DNA of 64,000 nt from Eledone cirrhosa (Eukaryota). A program made the position numbers and the translations under genes. Location: the NCBI GenBank assembly GCA_964016885.1, contig OZ024740.1:180482001-180546000 (forward strand). The letters run 5' to 3'. The notes under the pieces were generated by a model. That model was not told the DNA's origin, did not search any database, and worked only from the letters and a program-made list of their open reading frames with translations. Positions 1-13,488 of the stretch are shown here, piece by piece; within the stretch, counting starts at the first letter, position 1; each line of letters starts with the position of its first letter.

Positions 1-826
1 TTATCAAATGAATATATCCAACGTTCCTTCTAATTATCATATTATGTGCTTTGAAAACAATCCTTTGAAGGCTGTCATATATCATAAGAACCTCGATGTA
101 TTATCTGATTCAAATGCCTTTGGAGCAATAATATTTCGCATTTTCTTATGAAAAGTTCGCTACAGACAAACAGACACACACATTTGAGGAAGCGTATTGA
201 AACTGACATTGATGTTTAATGACAGAAGAGATAAAAGTGTGTAGTATGAAATAAAAATATATATATATATATATTAGTAAGAAAAGAAAGGAAGGAGGAT
301 AGAAAGAAAGTAATACATTATGTGAGATAAAGAACATCCGCATAAGTATTATATAATTATTGATACGTTATATCGAGAAATACACATATACATATGTTCG
401 ACTGAAGTGATCTCACAGTCATATTTGGAGTATAAAATATACATTGGAAATCATTATTTCAAACTTACACGGTTTGAACAGCCCGGTTTATTCAACACGA
501 AAACATGAAAACCCAATATTTATGAACTCCTGAATGACTAGGGACAAATCTATGAACATGCCAGTAGTGTTGCGGAGGTCCGTAGAGAAACTAATGGCTA
601 GAAATATAACTCAGCAGTGTTTTTGAGAACTGCGATTTACACTAACTTATCTCTTAATAGAGAAAGAACCAACTCAATAAGAGAGATGTGCAAGGTTTGC
701 AATTGTGTCTCCGAGATGCTGAGATTTTGGAATTATAAAAAAGAATTCAATTGCAGGATCACATCGACATTAAAATTGTAAAGACAACTACATTGCAGGA
801 AACTCGTTGACGTTCAAATTAGAGTG

Positions 827-965
827 GTGCATGGCTTAGTGTTTAGAGCATTGGATTTGCAATCGAAAGGTTGTGAGTTCAATACTCGGACCTGGTGATG
901 TGTTGTTTCCTTGAACAAGAGACTTTATTTCACGTTGCCCCAGTTTACTCAGCTGTAGAAATGAG
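827..965 (+). mobile_element. tRNA-derived SINE (degenerate)
   Basis: A-box-like TGGCTTAGTGTTTAGAG and B-box-like GAGTTCAATACTC, then body TTTCCTTGAACAAGAGACTTTATTTCACGTTGC; same head as minus-strand copies at 24.6 and 28.6 kb. Confidence 0.7.
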
Positions 966-1241
966 ATGATAGGACTGGGGTCCTATCATGAAATCGACCA
1001 ACACACCTCCAACGAGATATATCTCGGAGGAGGCCAGCTAAACCTACATAGGTGTGAGCTGTCACACAAATTAGAGTAAAAATACGGGAGGGAATTGAGC
1101 TGGGAATTGTGAATGTAAATCAAAATAAACTACAAAATGATTGTATCACAAAAGAGAGTATGAGGTGAAAAGACGGCGAAGGAGAAGAATACCAAGAGAG
1201 ATGTGATGATATTTCATTATATTTATAAAGGGCAAGGCTAT

Positions 1242-1400
1242 GGATTGTTAGAATTGCTAGAGCGTCGGACACATTTCGTGGCAGCATTTAGTTATGACCA
1301 GTTACGTTCTGAGTTCAAATCCCACAGCTGTTAACCTTGACATTCATCGTTCAGCTGTCTATGAAATAAAGTAAAAATCAACTATTAGAGTTTATTTAAT
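1242..1400 (+). mobile_element. SINE, second family, degenerate copy
   Basis: GTTCTGAGTTCAAATCCC...TGAAATAAAGTA resembles the copies at 16.1-17.8 kb. Confidence 0.55.
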
Positions 1401-1799
1401 CAACGTTGACGTTCCTATAAATTAGTTGAATTCGTCGCTAAATTAGAAACCGTTATTAGTTTGAAAAAAATCGCTACAACTCAGCAAATGCTTCGCAATC
1501 ATATCTACCGTAAATAGAAAGGACAGGAAAGAGAAATAGACATTTATCATGGCAAATGCATATTTGTCTGATTCTATGACCATTCTATGACCATTTTAAT
1601 GCATATGTTTTTGAGAGAGAGAGAGTGAAAGATTGTGTCGGGGAATGGTTTCTTTACGGCGAACAGTAAAGTTACGGGACAACAATAAACAGTAAACTTA
1701 AACGCAGATGCATACAATTATGCACACGCAAACACAGGAACACACACGCACACGTACACATCCCCATATATATATGTTATATGCCCAAGTGCAGGAATG

Positions 1800-2000
1800 C
1801 TATAATGATAGCTTATAAAATAGGGGGAAGTCCTTTAAAATACGGAAAAATTTGCCAACGACCTCCATGAAGAATTGACCCATATATTTTGTAGCTACTA
1901 TCTGGAAAATACGGGGTTCAATTCCTCATAGAGGTCGTTAGCAAATTCTTTTTTCCATCTTTTAACGGTTTTCAACCTATTTTATGAGCTATCTTTATAG
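1800..2000. repeat. Imperfect foldback palindrome (MITE-like)
   Basis: GATAGCTTATAAAATAGG (1807) pairs with CCTATTTTATGAGCTATC (ends 1993); inner AATTTGCCAACGACCTC pairs with GAGGTCGTTAGCAAATT. Confidence 0.7.
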
Positions 2001-2079
2001 TATTTGTGAGCGCATTCTTTATACTTATATAATTACATATATTCCTAGCGCTTCAAAAGCCGAAAAGTCGGCTCCGCAC

Positions 2080-3813
2080 TCTGGTCACTCTAACCTTCTC
2101 TTTACCCTGGACATCACCTCTCTCTATAACGTTATCCCTCATGAAGACAGCCTCTGCGCTCTCCAACATTCTTTAGACGTACTCCCTACCCCAAACCCCA
2201 GCACTACCACTCTTCTCCATCTGGCTGAGCTTGTTCTCACTCTCAATGGATTTTACTTTTCGGGTGAATTCTATCAGCAGGTCTCTGGGGTAGCGATGGG
2301 AACCAGAATGGGTCCAAACTATGCCAACTTGTTTATTGACTACGTTGAAGTCCAGATCTCCGGCGCTATACGGTCGTTATATAGCCGACTATATCCGTAC
2401 CACCTCTCTATCACGAGAAGGCTCGACTGCTTTCTTTCTTTTGTCCAATCTTTCCATCCTGCTCTAACTTTTACCGCCTCCGTCTCCGATTCTTCTGTCC
2501 CTATTCTATATATCTCTCTATCTATTAATTACTCTTACCACACCCTCTCTACTTCCATCTTCATTAAACCAACAGACTCCCACTCTTACCTCGACTTACC
2601 TTCTCACATCCAACCGACACCAAACACTCAATACCCTATTCCCAATTCCTCCGTCTTCATCCACTCTGTAGCCAGGACGACGATTTCGAAACCCATTTCC
2701 TTCACACGGCTTCCTTCTTCATCCAGCGTGGATATCCCCCACCTTGATCCAAGCTGCTCCCATCCGCGCCCGGAAACCTTCTGGTTCGCAGTTCCTCCCC
2801 ATCCTCACCCACGACTTGTCCCGGCTCTCATCCTTGTTCTCGTCCCCGCTGCAGCACTTGTCCCTTCATATACACCCTCACCACTCTTACAGGCCTTAAC
2901 GGGTCTTTCCGTATCCTCCACTCCTTCACCTGCACATCCACCCACATTGTCTATGCCCTCCAGTGTTCCCTCTGCGGGTCTCTATACATTGGACAAACGG
3001 GATGCCGTATGGCGGACCACGGAGCTGAGTATTTGAGAGACATACGACTCGGTTTGGATACTCCTGTCGTCCGGCATTTCTGTTCTCCTCGTCATTCTTC
3101 ACTACATGTTTCAGTCCTGTGTGTCCTTTTACATCATGGATTACAGGCCTCACGCACCAGGAGTGAACAGAGTCTAATTCACCGCCTTGGGTCTTATTCC
3201 CCTCTTGGCTCAACTCACCTCCCCAATTTCTTTAATAAGCCGTCCATTAACCCGTCACACGCGCTTGTACATTTACCCCTAGATTCCTATCGCTCTCTCA
3301 TGATCATTAACATCTTCTCTTACAACTAATACAGACCGATTATATAGGCTCACTCCACTTTTCCCTTATATTAACATGCTTTCGCTCATAGCTTCGTACT
3401 TACATGCACACACACTCTTTTACTTACATATACACACACATTTCTTCTTAGCTTTGTACGGACGTATACTAACACACACACGCACACACAGACAAACACA
3501 TACTTACGCACTTGCACAAGTATGGCTCTTTTTACAAAACGGTGTTTTCCATTTCAGTTAAATGCGCTCCATAATCCATTTTTCTAAAAAATAAATCATA
3601 CACAAAACGCCAGCACCAATATGAATGGACCTGTTATTTTTTCCAATTCCACCCACCTGTCTCCTCAATCTATATTATTTCTCATTCTTTATTCTGAAGA
3701 AAGATTAGTGTCCGAAACGTTAAGACCCTGTTCCTGCTATTTCAAGCGTTAACCTAATATATTGCTTCCATATACTGTACCGATTGTGTTGTTATTTTTG
3801 TTTACTTTTTACC

Positions 3814-3815
<2 letters not shown>
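2080..3815 (+). mobile_element. 5'-truncated, frameshifted Penelope-like retroelement (RT + C-terminal GIY-YIG) with 3' pLTR
   Basis: RT motifs LFTLDITSLY and QQVSGVAMGTRMGPNYANLF; a GIY-YIG remnant near 2980-3200 (YIGQTG.RMADH.AEYLRDI); HHR-like motif in the 3' UTR; ends at (TA)n. Confidence 0.85.
3694..3724 (+). ncRNA. Minimal hammerhead ribozyme motif (PLE pLTR), partly degenerate
   Basis: CTGAAGA-AAGATTAGTGTCC-GAAACGTT with palindromic AACGTT stem III; stems I and II are weak. Confidence 0.55.
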
Positions 3816-3896
<81 letters not shown>

Positions 3897-4129
3897 TTCG
3901 TCTCATGTAAAAGCCGACCCAAGTTTGCTTAATTGTTTTAGTTGTCTTTTTCTGGAGGTTTTTCTTTTTCTCTAGGACTATTTCACAATAGTCTCTAAAG
4001 TACTACCCTGGGCCACCGAGGGGCTCACATACCACCAGGGAAGCCGACGACCTGGCCAGTCCGCTACTGTATATATATATATATATATACTTGTGTATGT
4101 ATTAATAATCACACACACGCACACATACA

Positions 4130-4167
<38 letters not shown>

Positions 4168-4980
4168 TGTATGTATGCGTGCGTATGTATGCGTGTGTAT
4201 GATTCTTAATACCCAACGTCACATAAAATCGCACAAAATATAACTAGTTTGTAAGAGATATCGTCTCTTTCAGCTTAACGTTCAAACAATGCTTGTTACT
4301 GTCAATCCGGGAAGATGATTTAACGTTGCATTTTTTCTGAACCTTTATCTGAGATATACACCTGGACAATTAGACGCCGTCACCGGAGATCGCGCCCAAA
4401 TGCTCGTAGTAACTTTGTAATACCCAAGTTTGAATAGGAGATTGCAATTCACATAACACATACATTTTACCACAAACAATTCCAATCAGGATTTGATTTT
4501 AGAACAAAGTGAAACAAAACAAATACTGCAATATAACCTTGCAAATTGAAACGCGTGACGGAAATCACTAAACACTATTTTGCTTACTTCATATATTACA
4601 ATTTGTTTACCAAAAGCTATACAAAACTAGAGGGGGCTAAAGAGAAAAATGACAATATTTCATTCAAGAAAGTTAAGAACACATATCTAAAGCTCCTCAT
4701 CTTACTTACTAGACATGGACCTAATCTAATATATACGAAACCCTCCCCGTATGCCGGAAGAAATTTGTAGTGATGAAATGTATTCAGTTTAAGGAAACAA
4801 AATACTCCACACATTTTATTATTTTGTTGGAAAGCCATGCTATTTGAATACCTGTATGTATGAAGAAACAAACGCATATAATAGAGATATTTAAACACAC
4901 ACGCAAACACATGATCACACTTAAACAGTCGCAGACACAGACTCCCTCACACACACACATACACAAACGCACACAAGCAG

Positions 4981-5025
<45 letters not shown>

Positions 5026-5489
5026 CATTCACATCTACATACTTACACAAGAACATACAATTACATTACCCGATTACGTTTACGTGCACAGAGAAGGAAA
5101 GTGAGGTATTGAGAGACAGAGAGAGGAAGTCATTGAGAGAGGAGTGGATAATTTTTGAAAGATTTTGAAAAACTTGCACATAGTTTACAACAGTGCAACA
5201 GATAGGGATTCTCTTCAGAATAATAAATGTTATAGAATCCTTGCTAATGCAAATACTGTGTTATATATTTTAGAAGAAAATATATGTCAGTATTAATAAA
5301 TAAAAAAGCAAATAATGATAACAAAATTGTTGCGGTTTCTAGAAACGTAACAACTATCAACTATATCTTCTGCAGAAATGTAAAAAGGTAATTTCACGCA
5401 TTAAAGCACATAATTGATAAGAAAACATCATATGCGAAATGAATGTAAGAATGCCAAAACACCGTTTCGCACCCCACAGCCCCACATCC

Positions 5490-5570
<81 letters not shown>

Positions 5571-5599
5571 TTTATTAAAATAACAGATTAAAGTTTAAG

Positions 5600-7090
5600 C
5601 AAAGAATTGCTGCAAAACAACGACAATGCATGATTGGACGGAGACAAATTAAAACGTAAGAAACAGGGTTTTTTCTCTACCTTAATGTATTTATATGTCC
5701 TGATATTTCGAGATTAATATCTCTTCTTCCGAGGAAAATGAAGGAATTATTCCAATGTCGGATGTGGCTTGCTATGCCATGCTGACCGGAAGTCTTATTT
5801 TTTTTTCTTAACCTCTTTGTGTTAAAATTAAGGTCTGGACAGGACAAAGGGGCACAGAGTTATTTCCCTTTTAAATCCGTTCAGACCCATATATATTAAT
5901 ACGCGCTGACACACACTTACGTTCATATATATGTGTGTGTAAGCACGCAATTATGTAAAGACTCATAGGTGAAATCATGTAAACACATGAATGAATATAT
6001 ACGATTTCTCCCAGATTGATAATGTGGTCGTAAGCGGGCTTATGTGTTACCTTATATGTAGAGTCCAGTAGCCTTCTATGTTAGGTATTGTGTGCTTAAT
6101 TCTAGTCTATTATTGATTTGCGTATGTGTTATGGCTATGATTAATGCTTCCTTAAATCTGAGATTGCTGAGGTTTATTTCTTTTGTTTCAACCTCCAGAG
6201 TTTTATTATTTTTGTTTCTTTTGGTGGTGTTTTTGCATTCCTTTAATGTTTCTTGAATGAGGAAGCGTTAGCGTTAGTGTCTACCTTACTCCTGATGTGT
6301 AGTTATCTGTTGTTGATACCTATATAAAAGTTGTCGCATTTATCACAGTAGATCAGGTACACGACGCGACGTATGCTTGTTGGATTTGTCTGTGTTACCG
6401 ATGGGGCAGTTAGCCAGTGTGCAGGGGCTGTTGTTTGCTTTAGATCATCCCCTAGGTAGTTGTCCGCGTAGTGAGGGCCCCAAGTGAGGTAGTTCTAAGT
6501 TTAGTCCTTCTGTTCGGATGGCCCTCCGGATGGCTGTTGTTGCGCCATCACTGAAATGTGGGAGCTTCAGGAAGCAGGTGTTGGTGGAATCCCTGGTTCC
6601 AAAGTGGTGTTTCCTATTTCTAACGCAGTTCACGATGGATGACGGGGAACCGTTTAGTTTATACACTTTCAAGAAGTGTGTGGTGTGTGTGTGTCGGTCT
6701 GCTGTAGTGCTGTATTTATTCTGGATACATGTCAGTTCATTCCTAATGTATCCGGACTTGGCAGCAAGGAGGAGGGCCGATTTGAAATGGACGAACAGGT
6801 CCCTGCTGGTCCGTGTAGAAGCTGGTGTGCATGCCGCCGTTTTCCGTTACCCTGAGTTGGAAGTCTAGCAGGGAAAGTGATCCAGTGTCATCGGGGTGTT
6901 CCGTGCTGAACCTTATGTTAACGTCAATTCTGGAGAATGCCGTGTATATGTTGTCTGCTTCATCACGGGATGGTGTAAGTATGAGTATGTAATCTACATA
7001 TCGGGTGAAGAAGGCACGAAAATAACAGGTGTAGTGGGTCCGACGTTCCAGCTGGTTCATATAAGTAATGGTCAGCATGCCCGATAGGTT
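5600..7090 (-). mobile_element. Degenerate Penelope-like element (RT thumb + GIY-YIG + 3' pLTR)
   Basis: Minus-strand RYVDYIL...IRFSTEHPDDTGSLSLLDF; VVYLIYCDKCDNFYIG near 6310-6380; HHR-like motif at 5698-5735. Confidence 0.75.
5698..5735 (-). ncRNA. Minimal hammerhead motif with one core mutation
   Basis: Minus strand reads TCCT CGGAAGA AGAGATATTAATCTC GAAA TATC AGGA; stems I and II pair, U4 is changed to G. Confidence 0.55.
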
Positions 7091-7110
7091 AGATCACATA
7101 AGTATGTATG

Positions 7111-7171
<61 letters not shown>

Positions 7172-7252
7172 GTATATAAATGTAGGTATATTTATATGTA
7201 TATATATATATGTATATATATTTTACACACACACACACAGAGAAACAAAAAA

Positions 7253-7337
<85 letters not shown>

Positions 7338-8277
7338 AGAGGGAGTCAGGGCCCGACGACTGAGAGTGTAGCTAACGATTTAAACGTTTAATAAGTGTGA
7401 TATAAAACCAATAAATAAATAAATTTCTATTCAATAATTTTCCAATAAAATAACATCCAGTTTATATTCATTCCCTTCGGCCTAATCATCGTAATATTAT
7501 TAGGAATATCCTCCGTCATATGTGAGGTGTATTATAGAATTGGCAATAACCGCATTTATCTTTACCTACATTTACTGTAGAGAGTTAGTCTCGTTTACTT
7601 AAGCTTGATCTTATATTTTTTAATTATTTTGTTTGCAATGACATTGAAAACGACAGGAGCTACTGCGCAGTCGAAATGGAAGCAGTAGAGACGAATATAT
7701 AAAGCCCTGTTACCTTCGGATAACGTACACTGTTTAAGTTGCTTCAGTAGATTTCCATTAAATGCTTACATTTATCTCCTGTCCAACACGAAGGAGACAA
7801 AAAGGAGACAAAAATATATATGGTTCATAAATTCATTAGATTTAACTTCCAAACAATAGCTATCCTATGTTTGCGTTGCCTGGTTCGTCAAAGATAAATG
7901 TTTGGACTAAATGACTCACGTTTTGAAAATTAGCAATAATTTTACTGAAGACAATTTTCCTGCTGTATTGAACATGCCAATTAATACCGAAGATTCGGCT
8001 TTGTTACGTATTTATCTGACTGCGTTTCCTCAGTATTGTATTCTCTTAAAGATATTATTATTCAGGTTTGTCATACTCAGCAAGTTATTGTTCCTAGTTT
8101 TCATTTCTACCTTATACGCATAATTATTGTTATATTTTCTTTTACCCTCAAGTAGGAAAGATCTTCTCAGAGGGGTTGCCTTTTAGAAATAAACAGATGT
8201 GTGATTATTAAGAAAATATAAATTATTAAGTTATATTCTATCACTATAATGGTTGAATGAAATATGTATACGAAATA

Positions 8278-9468
8278 TCTTTATATATATAAAAGCGAGG
8301 GTGTGTGTGTGTATGTGTACAACTTTGCATGCATAAGGCTTTCACAATTACCAACTGAATTTGACCAAATTTTCTATGCACGTTGCACAGGTCGCTAAGA
8401 TTGTCACATCACAAACATTATTCAAATCGACCCACGTTGAGCAAAAAATATCGAAATGAAAATTATCGGTTGAAAAATTGATGTAAGGGAGATAACAAAT
8501 GTTATTGACAATCCTTATAAAAAAGAGAGATAACCAACTTTTCAGAAATTAGTTTACCTCCTAATACATTGGTTTTGAAAGATGGATCACCAGTTATTTT
8601 GCTGAGCAATATCACTCCTCCAAAACTGTGCAATGGTACACGCCTTGTGGTTAAAAAACTGTCTCCACTTAGTATTGACGCTACCATTCTATCCGGATGT
8701 GGAAAAGGCGAGGATGTGATAATAACAAAAATTAGCCTGACTACATCAGGCGTGGATACTCCATTCTCCTTTCGCTGAACCCAATTTCCCCTTCGTGTTG
8801 CCTTTGCGATGTCCATAAACAAGTCGCAAGGTCAAACTCTGTCCGTCACTGGAATTCACTTGGATGAAACTCGCTTTTCGCACGGACAATTCTACGTTGC
8901 CTGCTCACGAGTTGGCAGTCGAGATAATCTCTTTGCGTTTGGTTCGAAAAGAAAAACAAAGAATATCGTCTATCCTGAAGTGCTTTAGTGTTAACAAAAA
9001 AAACTTATTACAGCTCTACCTTGACTTCACCTTACTCATTACAAAACTTACCACTGAATATGTCATGCAGGATATTTTGGATTATAAGTTTAAAATTTAA
9101 CCATACACAGCAAAGGATGCTCTCAAAGAATAGATTTTCTCTTATTCTACTCTCATTGTTTTTTTGTTTGTATACAACTCTGCTTTCATTACTACTTTTC
9201 GTACTTTAGCAAAACTGCCTGTTTTTTTTACAGATTTGCAACCTCTATTGTCTTTAATCATTTGCATAACTACATCCTCTTCAGTGTTTTCCTTCATTAT
9301 CAGCATAGTTTTATGTGTACAACGATTGCACTAAATATTCGTCTGCGTTAATTATTGAAGACTTCTGCTTATTTTAACAGGTTGGGGACAAATAATGTTC
9401 TTTTACTTCCTAGCTGTATATTCTTAGCATAATTTCAAACCCCGAGCAACGCCGGGTAAATCTGCTAG
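8278..9468 (+). mobile_element. Non-autonomous Helitron carrying a PIF1-helicase C-terminal fragment
   Basis: A|TC start, subterminal hairpin CCCGAGCAACGCCGGG, CTAG|T end; 8500-8985 encodes PPKLCNGTRLVV...FAMSINKSQGQTL...HGQFYVACSRV with a stop. Confidence 0.9.
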
Positions 9469-9941
9469 TATTAATTAAAAATATATTTCTTGTTCGGTTT
9501 TCGTATCCCTTATCTAAGTCATATTTTGCTATTTTGTATTCTATATATGTTGTAATATATATGCTGAATGTCAGATTATTCCTATGAGGTAATATATTTC
9601 AAAGTCCATACAATCCAGTATGTATACACAATATATTAAACATATGGGTAATTTAAAACAATGCATTGCAAGAGTTGTGTTAAAAATACTTACCAAACTT
9701 ATTTCGAACTATTATACATATAAAACATATACAGCTGTTTTGTACTGTAAATCATTAGAAGCGTTTACTCCTACAACTAACCATTATTTTTCCTAGTTTG
9801 TGAAAACATAATCATTGAAATATGTGGACCACATGAGTTTGTGAATGCATACAAAAATAATTTCAACATATAATTTGCATTCTTTCCTTAGACAAACATA
9901 AACAGACACAGCTAGTCACACACACGCACCCCACATATATA

Positions 9942-10035
<94 letters not shown>

Positions 10036-10287
10036 TAGAGAGGGAGAGAGAGAGAGAGACACACACACACAGATACATGCGGACACATACATATACATGA
10101 ATATATCCACACATATCCCTGAGTTAGTGGTGCCAACCTCAACCGATGTTGCTCTATGAATAACTGGGACAAAACAATCCGAATGGATTAGACTGATTCA
10201 GTATCAGAGCTATATAGAACATTATGAAGAAAAGAAACATTAGATATAATTAGTAATAAGATATATCATACCTAGCTGGTTCTATAG

Positions 10288-10381
10288 TCCCCGACTACGT
10301 AGTTTCGTGGCATATTATGCAAAAACACTAGATCATAGAGATATAGAGTCTTTGTGAGGTTATGTCGACTTATCAAGGGGA
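10288..10381 (-). ncRNA. Type I hammerhead, U3-A8 variant (inverted copy)
   Basis: Reverse complement of 10506-10599 with one stem II change. Confidence 0.7.
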
Positions 10382-10505
10382 TACCTCATAAAGGATTTCA
10401 AAACACGTCTTCTTGACCGCTGTATCACGCGATTGACTCTCCCTCCGGCTTTTCGAGATTCTACCTCGCGCATTGCAGACGTGTTTTGAAATCCTTTATG
10501 AGGTA

Positions 10506-10599
10506 TCCCCTTGATAAGTCGGCATAACCTCACAAAGACTCTATATCTCTATGATCCAGTGTTTTTGCATAATATGCCACGAAACTACGTAGTCGGGGA
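10506..10599 (+). ncRNA. Type I hammerhead, U3-A8 variant with long loop II
   Basis: TCCCC TTGATAA GTCGGCATA...TATGCCAC GAAACTACGTAGTC GGGGA; palindromic stem III ACTACGTAGT; GUC cleavage triplet ending at 10594. Confidence 0.8.
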
Positions 10600-11101
10600 C
10601 TATAGAAACAGCTAGGTATGATATATCTTATTACTAATTATATCTAATGTTTCTTCTCTTCATAATGTTCTATATAACTCTGATACTGAATCAGTCTAAT
10701 CCATTCGGATTGTTTTGTCCCAGTTATTCATAGAGCAACATCGGTTGAGGTTGGCACCACTAACTCAGGGATATGTGTGGATATATTCATGTATATGTAT
10801 GTGTCCGCATGTATCTGTGTGTTTCTCTCTATATATTGTTTATAACTCCCTTTGGTCGAGTAACCTTTTAAGTGTAGTGACTGCTGGATAGCTACCATTA
10901 CTCATACTTCTCGCCTCCTCAAACCACCTCTTCTACAGCTTTGATATGAATACACCCTCCGCCTCCGTGGTATTTTTTTCAGGGTTATAAGGGGCTTAGC
11001 CCTGTTTCTTGACCGCTGTATCACGTGATTGACTCTCCCTTCGCCTTTTCGAGATTCTACCTCGCGCATTGCAGACGTGTTTTGAAATCCTTTATGAGGT
11101 A

Positions 11102-11195
11102 TCCCTTTGATAGGTCGGCAGAACCCCACAAAGACTCTATATCTCTATGATCTAGTGTTTTTGCATAATATGCCACGAAACTACGTAGTCGGGGA
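11102..11195 (+). ncRNA. Hammerhead U3-A8 variant, mutated copy
   Basis: Core TTGATAG (A9 changed to G); otherwise the same fold as 10506. Confidence 0.55.
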
Positions 11196-11262
11196 CTATA
11201 GGAACAGCTAGGTATGATATATCTTATTACTAATTATATATAATGTTTCTTCTCTTCGTAGT

Positions 11263-11332
<70 letters not shown>

Positions 11333-11451
11333 TATATAGGTTGTAATATAATGAAACGAAATTTCATTTCTCACTCTTAGTACCGCACTTACTTAAATGT
11401 AAGTATGTATGTATACGTACATACATATATGTATACAAACGTACAGTAGCA

Positions 11452-11585
<134 letters not shown>

Positions 11586-11738
11586 CATACAAGTACAAAT
11601 ATATATATGTACGTATCAGTTTAGCGAACGTTTATTATAACACCCGCTTTGTCCGTTTGTAAACAAGCGAACAGCCTAATTTATGCCATACGGTGTTAAG
11701 GCAACCACGTCACCTTTTTGTTCAACACTGACACAGGA

Positions 11739-11781
11739 ACGATGTACTAGTTTCAAGCTTGTTAGCTATCATCAGCATCGT
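11739..11781 (-). ncRNA. Minimal type I hammerhead, array unit 1
   Basis: Minus strand ACGATG CTGATGA TAGCTAACAAGCTT GAAACTAGTA CATCGT. Confidence 0.85.
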
Positions 11782-12016
11782 ATACCCTTCTGCCAGATAG
11801 TTGAACGTTCGAAAGTATATACTTTCCTTATGAAAATTAACGGCTGAGCAGCCTAATTTGCATATCGAGTGAGTTCAGTCGGCGAGGCGTACCGAAAATG
11901 ATAAGTTGTAATATAATGAAACGAAATTTCATTTCTCATTCTTAGTACGGCACTTACTTAAATGTACGTATGTATGTATACGTACATACATATATGTATA
12001 CAGACGTACAGTAGCA

Positions 12017-12064
<48 letters not shown>

Positions 12065-12228
12065 TATACATATACATACAAGTACACATATATATATATG
12101 TACGTATCAGTTTAGAGAACGTTTATTATAACGCCCGCTTTGTCCGTTTGTAAACAAGCTAACAGCCTGATTTATGCCATACGGTTTAAGGCAACCACGT
12201 CACCTTTTTGTCCAACACTGACACAGGA

Positions 12229-12271
12229 ACGATGTACTAGTTTCAAGCTTGTTAGCTATCATCAGCATCGT
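12229..12271 (-). ncRNA. Minimal type I hammerhead, array unit 2
   Basis: Identical to the unit 1 motif. Confidence 0.85.
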
Positions 12272-12514
12272 ATAGCCTTCTGCCATATAGTTGAACGTTC
12301 GAAAGTATATACTTTCCTCATGAAAATTAATGGCTGAGCAGCCTAATTTGCATATCGAGTGAGTTCAGTCGGCCAGGATACCGAAAACGATAAGTTGTAA
12401 TATAATGAAACGAAATTTCATTTCTCACTCTTAGTACGGCACTTACTTAAATGTAAGTATGTATGTATACGTACATACATATATGGATACAGACGTACAG
12501 TAGCATGCATATAT

Positions 12515-12547
<33 letters not shown>

Positions 12548-12696
12548 CAAGTACACATATATATATGTACGTATCAGTTTAGCGAACGTTTATTATAACG
12601 CCTGCTTTGTCCGTTTGTAAACAAGCGAACAGCCTGATTTATGCCATACGGTGTTAAGGCAACCACGTCACCTTTTTGTTCAACACTGACACAGGA

Positions 12697-12739
12697 ACGA
12701 TGTACTAGTTTCAAGCTTGTTAGCTATCATCAGCACCGT
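12697..12739 (-). ncRNA. Minimal type I hammerhead, array unit 3
   Basis: Same motif; stem I ACGGTG/CATCGT (G-U wobble). Confidence 0.85.
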
Positions 12740-13162
12740 ATACCCTTCTGCCAGATAGTTGAACGTTCGAAAGTATATAGTTTCCTTATGAAAATTAACG
12801 GCTGAGCAGCCTAATTTGCATATCGAGTGAGTTCAGTCGCCAGGCGTACCGAAAACGATAAGTTGTAATATAATGAAACGAAATTTCATTTCTCACTCTT
12901 AGTACGGCACTTACTTAAATGTAAGTATGTATGTATACGTACATACATATATGTATACAGACGTACAGTAGCATGCATATATATATATATACATATACAT
13001 ATACATATACATACAAGTGCACATATATATATGTACGTATCAGTTTAGCGAACGTTTATTATAACGCCCGCTTTGTCCGTTTGTAAACAAGCTAACAACC
13101 TGATAAATGCCATACGATGTTAAGGCAACCACGTCACCTTTTTGTCCAACACTGACACAGGA

Positions 13163-13205
13163 ACGATGTACTAGTTTCAAGCTTGTTAGCTATCATCAGC
13201 ACCGT
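13163..13205 (-). ncRNA. Minimal type I hammerhead, array unit 4
   Basis: Same motif as unit 3. Confidence 0.85.
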
Positions 13206-13440
13206 ACACTTTTCTGCCAGATAGTTGAACCTTCGAAAGTATATACTTTCCTTATGAAAATTAACGTCTGAGCAGCCTAATTTGCATATCGAGTGAGCTC
13301 AGTCGGCCAGGCGTACCGAAAACGATAAGTTGTAATATAATGAAACGAAATTTCATTTCTCACTCTTAGTACGGCACTTACTTAAATGTAAGTATGTATG
13401 TATACGTACATACATATATGTATACAGACGTACAGTAGCA

Positions 13441-13488
<48 letters not shown>

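Larger units (their letters stand above)
10065..11262. mobile_element. PLE pLTR-like repeat cluster: inverted pair (10065-10410 / 10477-10823) plus a direct partial copy (11006-11262)
   Basis: ~345 bp near-perfect inverted arms with a 66 bp spacer; spacer plus right arm repeated at 11006; each copy carries an HHR variant. Confidence 0.8.

Noticed and set aside
827-900. tRNA gene
   Set aside because: Degenerate cloverleaf continuing into a SINE body
11875-11905. Second, plus-strand hammerhead in the array unit (CGG...CCGAAAAC)
   Set aside because: No CUGANGA-like core upstream
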